38,753 nt of DNA from an uncultured Candidatus Saccharibacteria bacterium (lineage in GTDB: Bacteria > Patescibacteriota > Minisyncoccia > CAIUEV01), in NCBI GenBank assembly GCA_964602125.1, contig CAZRPR010000003.1:1-38753 (forward strand), written 5' to 3'. The position numbers and the translations under genes were made by a program. Shown one piece after another: positions 8,824-16,491 of the stretch (positions are counted from its first letter, which is position 1; each line of letters starts with the position of its first letter). The notes below the pieces were generated by a model that did no database searches, was not told the DNA's origin, and worked only from the letters and a program-made list of their open reading frames with translations.

Positions 8824-11800
8824 TTATTGTTCGAGATTAAATTTATTTGCAAGTAAACGATCCAGCACCGTCACTTGCGTATCCCCTGGTTGTTCTGGGC
8901 GCAAAGTGAATTTATTGATGCGCAAAAAACGATAACCATAGCTTTCAAGTTCTAGGGTGCGACCATTGTCGTAATCCGTGAATTCTCGTGACAACGCATG
9001 GCGTGAAACTTCAGATGGATCTTTGAAATGAAATTCAATGCCATCATATTCCAAAATCAAAGTTTGCTCCTTACCACCTTTGGACAAAACCAACAAAAAG
9101 TCCACACGATACTTGGGCATCTGAGCTGCAAACTCAGTGCGCAAATAATTGCCAATTGGAAACTGTGGTACTAGACGGATGTTGGCTTTATTATTTTTGA
9201 AAAATTCAGTGTTAAGCACCAATTGATATAGTTCCTTTTCCTTGGGTGAATCAAAGATTGATTCATCTGCAATAAAGAAATCATTTTTCTCCGCTTCCTC
9301 TAAAGTGTTACGATAATGTTTCAGGGCATTGCCTAGTTGTGTATTGCTAAAATTTTCAATGTCTTGGCTAAGCACAAACACCATCGTGTCTTTGGCACGA
9401 GAAAAACCAACATTGAGCCGTTGCATTTTAAGCGAACGGATATTGTCAGCCGTACCACCGATGACCGGATAAATTGATCCGAGATTAGCATTACTTATAG
9501 CCTTATTTTCCACAAAAGAATAATAAACAATATCTCTTTCCTCACCCTGCACGTCTCCTACGAACCATACTTCCAGCTTGTGGTCGCGTTTCAGTTGCGG
9601 TAAGTTTGTCCGTTCGTTCAACGTCTCCTCCAATCTTATCTGTTGTTCTCTGAATGAAGTAATGACTCCAATCGTACCCTTGAAACCACCTGCTATAATA
9701 TTTTGGATATCTGTAATAATAGCATCAATTTCATCTAAATTTAAGTTAGCGCTGGCGTTACCTAAAGTTTTCACTGTTAGAAATCGCAATGTTTCTCCAA
9801 TCGGCTTGGTACGAATACGATTCATAATAAGTTCTTGCTGAGCAACTTTGTAGAATTTTTCATTAGAGTAGCTGATAATCTCCGGGAAACTACGAAAATG
9901 CTCCTTGAGTGATGTGGTGTAGTTGGCAATTGCTTTAGCAAAAGACAATGTCGAGGTTCTAATATTGAAAGTTTTGAGCCAAAGTACTGCTCCCGGATTA
10001 TCCTGCGGACGAATCAAGGCTTCGCTAACTAAATCATCAGTGTTAATATCACGAGCTACTTCGTCTACTAGCTCTTTTTTAGCCGAATCAGAGACTGATA
10101 CCTTGTAATCATCAGCATAAGCGTTTACAATTTCCGTAAAATAACTAGCCGAATATTTGGTAGAAACATTAATTGCACTAACTGCGCCATATTGATATTC
10201 GTCCCCAAAAATCACTACTTGTTTAGCGCGCAGAATTAATGAAATAGAATCAGCAATGGAAACTTGTGAAGCTTCGTCAATAATTAAAACATCAATCAAG
10301 TCTTCTTGCATGGGAAAATGTTTTGACAGGGTCGATGGCTCAGCAATAATAACCGAAATACCCTCAAGCAAAGTCTTGGTTTGGTCAGCTGTGAAACGCT
10401 TACCACCCTCAAAAGAAATTTTGAGTTGTTGCATAACACCTGAGTATTGATTGAGTTTTTTGAGACGAAGGTCGTTTTTGTGCTCAAGCTCTTTCTGTTT
10501 TAGACGTGAATACTCCCTAGTATCAGTTGTGAAGTCGTCGATCAAGGTGCTCGATTGAGATAGTCTGGCGTGTAGAAGAATCCATTTAAAAACCAATTTT
10601 TCTGTTTCACTACCATACTTTAGTCTACCAATAGTTGATATTTGATCCTGAATAACTCCAATGACCTCTAGAATAGTTCCGTAATGATCGAACAATTTAT
10701 TGATTGATTCAAGGGTCTCTATATTAAATTTATCAAGGGCTGTCTGATATTTTTGCACCTCGGTGAACATTTCCGAAATAGATAAATTAGCATTGCCTAC
10801 TAATTTTTGATATTCTTCAACCCAAACTTTGTATTTACGCAAATTAATTACTGCTTCAGCACGCTCTAAACCAGCCGACAAATCATTAACTGTTGCAAAA
10901 TTAAAATCTATTCCAGCAATTTTACTTATCTCGGTTAGTGGCTCAGTGTATTGTAAAGAAAGAGTTTTTCTAATAATCTCTTCTAGCTGCTCTTTGCTGC
11001 TTGCCTTTCCTGTTATTTTTGCTATGAAACCAGCGGACGCGTCTCTAACGGAAAGTTCTTTGACAACAGCGTCCTTCTTAAACAGGTTTGCCATTTCATG
11101 AATTAGATTAGAAAGATCTTCTGGAACGCTAGCGAATGAAGTTTCTACTGAGAGGATTTCTGCTGGTGTTGTATTTACATGCTCACAGGCTTCAATAAAT
11201 TTATGTAGTTCATGCTTGCGAGTCACAATAAATTCATATTCCGCTAGAGAAGTGGAAATAAAAATATTTTCAGTAGCAAGATCGACAAATTTTTCCAAAA
11301 TTTCCATATTTATTTCAGTTTCTAGCCTCAAAGTTGTGTCCAGCAAGCTCCCTATTTTGTCCGCCTTTTTAAGTTTTTCATTAATTTGTGAAAATTCCAC
11401 TTGATCGATCAATCTTTGTGATTCATTTTTCGCCGAGCTTAAACGAGATTGCAAAATACTTTCTAGATGTTTAGCAATTTTATTGCTGTCTTCGGTAATG
11501 GCTTTGTCGTTGTATTCCAGTGTTCTTTCAGTTGCACCGTTAACAACTGCTGAGGTTAAAGTGTTGCTAAAATTATTAGCAGACCCAGTTTCAATGTCCA
11601 TGCGCACTATTGACGGCTTAGCTTGAGGATGAAGTGCTTTAAACTTGTCTGTCATCATGCGATCAATTACATCAAGCGCCTCTTTTTTGTGAGATGTAAC
11701 TACCACGGTCTTGCCATCTTCATTAGCTTTGTACGCTAGTGCCGCAATTGTATGGGACTTACCAGTCCCGGGAGGACCATCAACTACAATTATTTTATTC

Positions 11801-13083
11801 TTGGTATTCTCTAGGGCAAGCAGGATTCTTTTCTGTGAATTATTAAGGGGGATCGGACCATCTGACATATAGCGTTTTGCGCTATTCGATGGATAACTAT
11901 CGTTAAATTTACGAATTACATCGTCTGTATAATTCGGTACTGTTCCAGAAATATATCCATCTATAAATGATCCGAATTGACTATGACCACCTGCGTCAAT
12001 ATTGGTCATTATCTCTGAATAATCCAATAATTTTTTGTCTTCATTTGCTACAATTTGAAAACCAATACGACCACTGATGGCTGGAAAATTTTCTTCATCA
12101 TGAATTATCTCTTTGAATTGTGGTTCTAAAATAAAATTTTGATTGATTCCATATTGAGCTTGCAAAAAAACTTCTATCGCTCCAAGAGGTGCACTTGCCT
12201 GCTCAATTGAAGATGCACGTGGAGTAGTCAAAACTCGATCAAATTTGAAAAAATTGATAGCAGGCACATTCAACAATAGCAAATTTCTTGGAAAAGAAAT
12301 TGTAATCTCAGTATTGGACAAGCGCATGTCCACTTCAATAAAATATAGCGGAAAAGAATCATCGCCACGAGAAATTGTGTGAAAGAAAATATAAAAAGTC
12401 CCTAGCGTCGAAAAAGCTTGATAGTTATGTAAATTTAAAAATAAATCATACAGGACAATGTCTTTGATTTCTTTTTTAAAATATTCTGTAACTTTTTTTA
12501 CATACTCATCTGGCTCAACTTGATTTTTTGCTAACTTCTTTAAAGCATCTAAGTGTGTCTTAAGATAAGTATTTAAACCAAAACTTGATTGAGGAAAACT
12601 GGTTGCTCCACTTTCTTCTTTAAATTGCAATAATAATTTTTCTTGCAAATCCAAAATAGCTTCCTCTAGTGTTTTACGTATCTTTATGTTGTATAATCTG
12701 ATTGCTTCATCCCAAGCAATTTTCGAAACATCCAATTCCACATTATTTGCTGATCGAGTCTCGATGCCTAAACGTTCTAGTTCATCTTTTAATAATTTTT
12801 CCAAGCACTCCTTGTCAAGATTACTGCTTATTGCTTTTGTTATTGCTAAGATTATATCTTGATTAGCTAGTGATAATGTGTATTGACCAGGTTTAATTTT
12901 GATATCAACTGATTTGCCAACTCTAATTGATTCCAGTAATAATTCCTGAAATTCCGGGTATAATGGCAGATCTAAGGTCAGCTCGTTATTGGTCCAACGA
13001 TAACTAACCATTCGCTTAAAGTTAAAGCGAGTCTCAGTAAAAGTAGCAAAATAATTGAGAATAGTTTTCGAGAGATTGCTCAT
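8824..13083 (-). CDS. Large Upf1-like SF1 helicase (AAA_11/AAA_12 type) with DUF4011-like N-terminus and C-terminal DUF559/Vsr-like endonuclease domain (HheA-like)
   Basis: Walker A VVDGPPGTGKSHT (about aa 436), VLIIDEASQ (D936), VIFGDEYQ, VQGEERDIV, LNVGFSRAKD. C-terminal YRVDFLL...ILEYDGIEFH...GYRFLRI matches the DUF559 pattern. Confidence 0.8.
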   Translation of the reverse strand: MSNLSKTILNYFATFTETRFNFKRMVSYRWTNNELTLDLPLYPEFQELLLESIRVGKSVDIKIKPGQYTLSLANQDIILAITKAISSNLDKECLEKLLKDELERLGIETRSANNVELDVSKIAWDEAIRLYNIKIRKTLEEAILDLQEKLLLQFKEESGATSFPQSSFGLNTYLKTHLDALKKLAKNQVEPDEYVKKVTEYFKKEIKDIVLYDLFLNLHNYQAFSTLGTFYIFFHTISRGDDSFPLYFIEVDMRLSNTEITISFPRNLLLLNVPAINFFKFDRVLTTPRASSIEQASAPLGAIEVFLQAQYGINQNFILEPQFKEIIHDEENFPAISGRIGFQIVANEDKKLLDYSEIMTNIDAGGHSQFGSFIDGYISGTVPNYTDDVIRKFNDSYPSNSAKRYMSDGPIPLNNSQKRILLALENTKNKIIVVDGPPGTGKSHTIAALAYKANEDGKTVVVTSHKKEALDVIDRMMTDKFKALHPQAKPSIVRMDIETGSANNFSNTLTSAVVNGATERTLEYNDKAITEDSNKIAKHLESILQSRLSSAKNESQRLIDQVEFSQINEKLKKADKIGSLLDTTLRLETEINMEILEKFVDLATENIFISTSLAEYEFIVTRKHELHKFIEACEHVNTTPAEILSVETSFASVPEDLSNLIHEMANLFKKDAVVKELSVRDASAGFIAKITGKASSKEQLEEIIRKTLSLQYTEPLTEISKIAGIDFNFATVNDLSAGLERAEAVINLRKYKVWVEEYQKLVGNANLSISEMFTEVQKYQTALDKFNIETLESINKLFDHYGTILEVIGVIQDQISTIGRLKYGSETEKLVFKWILLHARLSQSSTLIDDFTTDTREYSRLKQKELEHKNDLRLKKLNQYSGVMQQLKISFEGGKRFTADQTKTLLEGISVIIAEPSTLSKHFPMQEDLIDVLIIDEASQVSIADSISLILRAKQVVIFGDEYQYGAVSAINVSTKYSASYFTEIVNAYADDYKVSVSDSAKKELVDEVARDINTDDLVSEALIRPQDNPGAVLWLKTFNIRTSTLSFAKAIANYTTSLKEHFRSFPEIISYSNEKFYKVAQQELIMNRIRTKPIGETLRFLTVKTLGNASANLNLDEIDAIITDIQNIIAGGFKGTIGVITSFREQQIRLEETLNERTNLPQLKRDHKLEVWFVGDVQGEERDIVYYSFVENKAISNANLGSIYPVIGGTADNIRSLKMQRLNVGFSRAKDTMVFVLSQDIENFSNTQLGNALKHYRNTLEEAEKNDFFIADESIFDSPKEKELYQLVLNTEFFKNNKANIRLVPQFPIGNYLRTEFAAQMPKYRVDFLLVLSKGGKEQTLILEYDGIEFHFKDPSEVSRHALSREFTDYDNGRTLELESYGYRFLRINKFTLRPEQPGDTQVTVLDRLLANKFNLEQ

Positions 13084-13171
13084 AATATTTTTGTTCTTTT
13101 TTATTAAATATTTTTCCTTAATATCCTACACCCAACATTCAATAACATCCAAAAAACACTGTATTGAAAAG

Positions 13172-13318
13172 CTATCTAGCTTTTTTCACAAACTGAATTT
13201 CATAAACCGGAATCGCTTCCGGATTTTCATGGATGTATTTTTGTAAGTAGTCTTCACTCTCAAAAGAAGATTTAATCAGTTTTTGCGTTCCGTCTTTACT
13301 GGAAATAATAATACTCAT
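13172..13318 (-). pseudogene. 48-codon ORF (MSIIISSKDGTQKLIKSSFESEDYLQKYIHENPEAIPVYEIQFVKKAR), possibly the N-terminal remnant of a NucS/DUF91/Shedu-style PD-(D/E)XK nuclease
   Basis: Translated by hand. The pattern F.SE..LQ.YI.ENPE.I resembles N-termini of that nuclease class from memory. It sits 43 nt downstream of repeat copy 1. Confidence 0.25.
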
Positions 13319-13360
13319 TTAGTCGAATTATTAAATTATTTTCATTCCGGTGCCTACATC

Positions 13361-13392
13361 CTCACCTTACCCCCCAAAATTAATTAAATCAA
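13361..13392 (-). repeat. Direct repeat copy 1 (32 nt): ctcaccttaccccccaaaattaattaaatcaa. The minus strand reads TTGATT-17-TAAGGT.
   Basis: Matches 16181-16211 except for one extra C. Overlaps the stop codon of the 195-aa ORF. Confidence 0.9.
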
Positions 13393-13976
13393 AACTTAAT
13401 TTCCCCTCCCATCAAGCCTTGGTGCTTGCTTTTAATTCTTTTTTGGAAGTTTTCCAACAAAACCAAATATTCATTCACTTGCTCGACGGTGTAAGCTTCG
13501 TATTCCTTGTGTTCCAGGCTGGTGATGTGAACGAAGTTGCGGACTTTTCGGAGGTTGTGGAGGGCGTTTTTCATGGAGCCGTCGAGGAGGCCGTGCCGGA
13601 AGCCAGAGTCGATTAAGTAAATAAAATTCTCGTTTTCTTCAAAGCTGACGTTGCTTTTTTTGCTAGATAGTTGGAAGAGGAGGTCGTAGAGAGCGCTTTC
13701 CATGACGCCGGCGATGGTGATGAGCATATTTTTGCAGTGGAGAGATTCGATGGTGAGATACATTTGGTAGTCGTTGTAGAGATGGGCCATGTATTCCAAG
13801 TATTGGAGGTGGTAGGCGATGTTCTCTCGGGCGGGGAGATATTCGATGAAGGACCACTCTGCTTTGTAGTGATTGGCGCTTTGGGGGTGGCGGTCTTTGG
13901 GCAGGAGGATTTTCTTGTCGGAGTTGTCCTGCTTTTTTTCCTCGTCAAAGCTGACTTTTTTCTTGAGTAATTCCAT
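13389..13976 (-). CDS. Hypothetical 195-aa protein; tentative HEPN-like motif LRKVRNFVH
   Basis: Its ATG directly abuts the upstream gene's stop (TAAATG). R-x6-H / RN..H near the C-terminal third is only loosely HEPN-like. Confidence 0.6.
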   Translation of the reverse strand: MELLKKKVSFDEEKKQDNSDKKILLPKDRHPQSANHYKAEWSFIEYLPARENIAYHLQYLEYMAHLYNDYQMYLTIESLHCKNMLITIAGVMESALYDLLFQLSSKKSNVSFEENENFIYLIDSGFRHGLLDGSMKNALHNLRKVRNFVHITSLEHKEYEAYTVEQVNEYLVLLENFQKRIKSKHQGLMGGEIKF

Positions 13977-15236
13977 TTATTTTTTCTTTATTGAAATAGA
14001 TTTTTCCTCGACGGGCGGGGAGATTTTGAGAATTTTTTTGGTCAGCTGTTTTTCCAGGAGGTCGTCGTCAAGGAGTTTTTTGATTTTGCCGAAAGAAAGC
14101 TCGGAAAGCTCTTTCCAGTGTTTGGTGTCTTGGAGTAGTTTTTCCAGTTTTTGATACGCCTCCGGTTCAATGGATTTTCGGGGAAAGGCAAAATCTTTAT
14201 TCTTTTTGATGCAAACGAGGTGACTGCCACCGTCGAGGGTTTCTAGTTTGTTGGCTTTGGCGTATTGAAAGATTACATCCTCGATACGCTCAAGCTCCTG
14301 CTCAACAATCCAGGCTTTTTCTCTGGCCTTTCGGTTGATTTCCGATCTCTTGAGGACAAACGCAATATATTTTTTAGCCAGTTGAACCCCGCTGTCTTTG
14401 AGATACTTATTGGCCGGCAGACTGACAACTTTGAAAAGATGTTTCTTTTTGGGACAATGCTCCCAAAAACCGCACCAATCACATTTAGTTTCTTTGGCGG
14501 GAAAATCGTTTTTGCGTTCGGCTAAATTAATTTCGGCAATCAACTGGAGGATTTCTTCCTTTAACTCTGCTAATTGCTTATCCGTTCGCTCCGAGAAGAC
14601 ATCCTCCCCAAAGGCGACGTAATGCCAAACCAAACTCACTTTTTTGGCCTCGTGAAATTTTTGCTTAACGGCCATGGAATAAAGAGCCAGTTGACGATCT
14701 TTGTCGGCGTATTCTTGATCCATAATGGCTCCTGTTTTGTAGTCATGAACGGAATAGTGGCCTTTTTTGTCGCGGGCTAAGCGATCAATAAAGCCGGTTA
14801 TTTTGTACTTATTCCAATTGAGAGAAATTTCTTTTTCCACTCCCAGTGTTTGGTCTTGATTAAAAGGATAGAATTTTCGATAGTAATTGGCAATGCATTT
14901 TTTACCAAGTTCGAAATAGTGTTCTTTGCTAAATTCTTTGTTGTTGATAGCGATGGTATCCTCCCAATCTTTTTTCCAGTTCTGCTCGTAAAATTCCAAG
15001 AGTTTTTCCAAAGTGGTTATTTTGGTTTTTATAATCCCTTTATACAGAAATTCCATGGTGTCATGGACCAAGCCCCCCATGAAAGCTTCAATGGTCGTGC
15101 TTTCTTCGGCTGGCTTTAATCGGTCAAGATATTTATATTTATACTGAAGCGGACACCTTTCATAAACTTGCAGCTTGGAATGAGAAAATTGTTTCATTAA
15201 GTTATATAGATCTATTAAATTATTCCACCCTTTCAT
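13977..15236 (-). CDS. PD-(D/E)XK nuclease, RecB/AddB/Cas4-like with a four-Cys cluster, plus a C-terminal extension of about 140 aa of unknown function
   Basis: YERCPLQYKYKY (first Cys), GFIDRL...SVHDYKTG (D...D-x-K), QLALY, CDWCGFWEHC (C-x2-C-x5-C). I prefer the ATG at 15236, preceded by GGAGGT, over the TTG at 15263 used in the ORF track. Confidence 0.8.
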   Translation of the reverse strand: MKGWNNLIDLYNLMKQFSHSKLQVYERCPLQYKYKYLDRLKPAEESTTIEAFMGGLVHDTMEFLYKGIIKTKITTLEKLLEFYEQNWKKDWEDTIAINNKEFSKEHYFELGKKCIANYYRKFYPFNQDQTLGVEKEISLNWNKYKITGFIDRLARDKKGHYSVHDYKTGAIMDQEYADKDRQLALYSMAVKQKFHEAKKVSLVWHYVAFGEDVFSERTDKQLAELKEEILQLIAEINLAERKNDFPAKETKCDWCGFWEHCPKKKHLFKVVSLPANKYLKDSGVQLAKKYIAFVLKRSEINRKAREKAWIVEQELERIEDVIFQYAKANKLETLDGGSHLVCIKKNKDFAFPRKSIEPEAYQKLEKLLQDTKHWKELSELSFGKIKKLLDDDLLEKQLTKKILKISPPVEEKSISIKKK

Positions 15237-15253
15237 CTTACCTCCAAACAACG

Positions 15254-15279
15254 TAAGGAACAATAATTATTGTTCCTTA
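15254..15279. repeat. Perfect 26-nt palindrome taaggaacaataattattgttcctta between the Bro-N gene stop and the nuclease gene start
   Basis: The sequence equals its own reverse complement. Located in the 57-nt intercistronic gap. Confidence 0.9.
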
Positions 15280-15293
15280 TCAAGGGGAAAAAG

Positions 15294-16145
15294 CTATTCT
15301 TTGCTTTTATTTTTTTTCAACATCAAAACTTGCCGAGCGTTGAGTGGACTCACTACTTGCTTACCGGTTTCAAGCTCCAACTCCATACGAGCTCCTCTAG
15401 CTATTTTCCCGCCACGCTTTGCAACCTCTTCGTGCTCCGGAAATGATTTGGGATTAGTAATTTCAGAGATTTCTTTAGTGGATAATTCGGCCAACATATT
15501 CAAAACCAACTCTTTATTGGTCATATTGTCACGCAAATTTTCTTTTTTTAAACCTTTAAATTTTTTATATTCTTTAGCGGTTTTATCCGCCCATGTTTTA
15601 TAAATAATATCTGTAAGGGTAGCGAATTCCAATCCTTCCCTGAGTCCATGCTTTCTCCATTCATCAGTGAGTTCTTTACGAATTTCGATACTTTTTAATC
15701 TTTGATTTATCCAATTATCTGAATATCCCAAATTTTTATAGTCCCACATTGCTTGCTTTATGGAAAGTTCCGGATCTTGTATTTGGTCAAGTCTTTTTTT
15801 AGCAATTTCCGACAGCCACACTTTGAAAGGTTCGGCTTTTTTAGAAGGAATTGACTGAATGAGGCGAAAAACCTGCTTTGTATCTACCACATCTGTCAAG
15901 CGCATCTTTCCGTCCGGAGCTTTTATTTTCAACTGGTTAGTGCTACTAACCAGTTCGCTTCCTTCGGTTTTGAGTTTATTTTTGAGCCACTTCCAATAAT
16001 TTCTAACTTTTTGATAGTCATTTTGATCGGTAAGTACGGTAATAATGTCCAGAACTGAGAACCACCATTTTTCCATTTCTTCATCCCAAACAGTCCTAAC
16101 TTTCTGTTTTTCGAATAGCTGAATCGAATTTTTCATCTTATTCAT
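15294..16145 (-). CDS. Bro-N domain protein of the DinD (DNA-damage-inducible protein D)-like family
   Basis: LFEKQKVRTVWDEEMEKWWFSVLDIITVLT, IQSIPSKKAEPFKVWL, IQDPELS, ELTDEW, KKFKGLKKENLRDNMT and GGKIARGARMELE all match the widespread Bro-N/DinD-like family as I recall it. Confidence 0.75.
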   Translation of the reverse strand: MNKMKNSIQLFEKQKVRTVWDEEMEKWWFSVLDIITVLTDQNDYQKVRNYWKWLKNKLKTEGSELVSSTNQLKIKAPDGKMRLTDVVDTKQVFRLIQSIPSKKAEPFKVWLSEIAKKRLDQIQDPELSIKQAMWDYKNLGYSDNWINQRLKSIEIRKELTDEWRKHGLREGLEFATLTDIIYKTWADKTAKEYKKFKGLKKENLRDNMTNKELVLNMLAELSTKEISEITNPKSFPEHEEVAKRGGKIARGARMELELETGKQVVSPLNARQVLMLKKNKSKE

Positions 16146-16180
16146 TTAAACATTAAAAGTTTACCATCGTGATACTTATT

Positions 16181-16211
16181 CTCACCTTACCCCCAAAATT
16201 AATTAAATCAA
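16181..16211 (-). repeat. Direct repeat copy 2 (31 nt): ctcaccttacccccaaaattaattaaatcaa. The minus strand reads TTGATT-16-TAAGGT.
   Basis: Located 36 nt upstream of the Bro-N/DinD-like start codon. Confidence 0.9.
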
Positions 16212-16299
16212 GGCGGACGATTTGTTGGGATGATAAATATACTGTATGACTTTTTCACAGGGATAAAAAGCGATTTTGTTGATTAAGGAGGAAAACAAA

Positions 16300-16473
16300 A
16301 TGCGAGAGTTGATTCTTTGGAACATGCTGTTTGGCAGTGGATGGATCAAAAAGAGAAGAACCGGCTTTTGGGGCGTTTATGATCGATTAGCCGTTTCAGT
16401 AGAAGTGATCGTCGGCTTTATCATCGCCAACATAGTCATTTTTTTCATTGAACTTCACGTCATTAATCGCTAA
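16300..16473 (+). CDS. 57-aa small membrane protein (MRELILWNMLFGSGW...VIVGFIIANIVIFFI...)
   Basis: ATG preceded by AAGGAGG with a 7-nt spacer. One C-terminal TM helix. Followed by a strong terminator. It is the only plus-strand gene in the island. Confidence 0.5.
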   Translation: MRELILWNMLFGSGWIKKRRTGFWGVYDRLAVSVEVIVGFIIANIVIFFIELHVINR

Positions 16474-16491
16474 AATGTTATTGTTTCCCCT

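Noticed and set aside
3851-12000. Numerous 60-100-aa plus-strand ORFs inside res, mod and the helicase gene (for example 3851-4060, 7115-7378, 8473-8840, 9578-9841, 10829-11101)
   Set aside because: These are antisense shadow ORFs within long, motif-supported minus-strand genes. None has a start context or recognisable motif.
13613-13970. Overlapping ORFs 13613-13948(-), 13663-13857(-), 13671-13970(+) and 13350-13616(+)
   Set aside because: All are nested within or antisense to the 195-aa gene. Their translations are low-complexity (P/T/S/R-rich or V/E/G-rich). They are best explained by local scarcity of stop codons rather than real genes.
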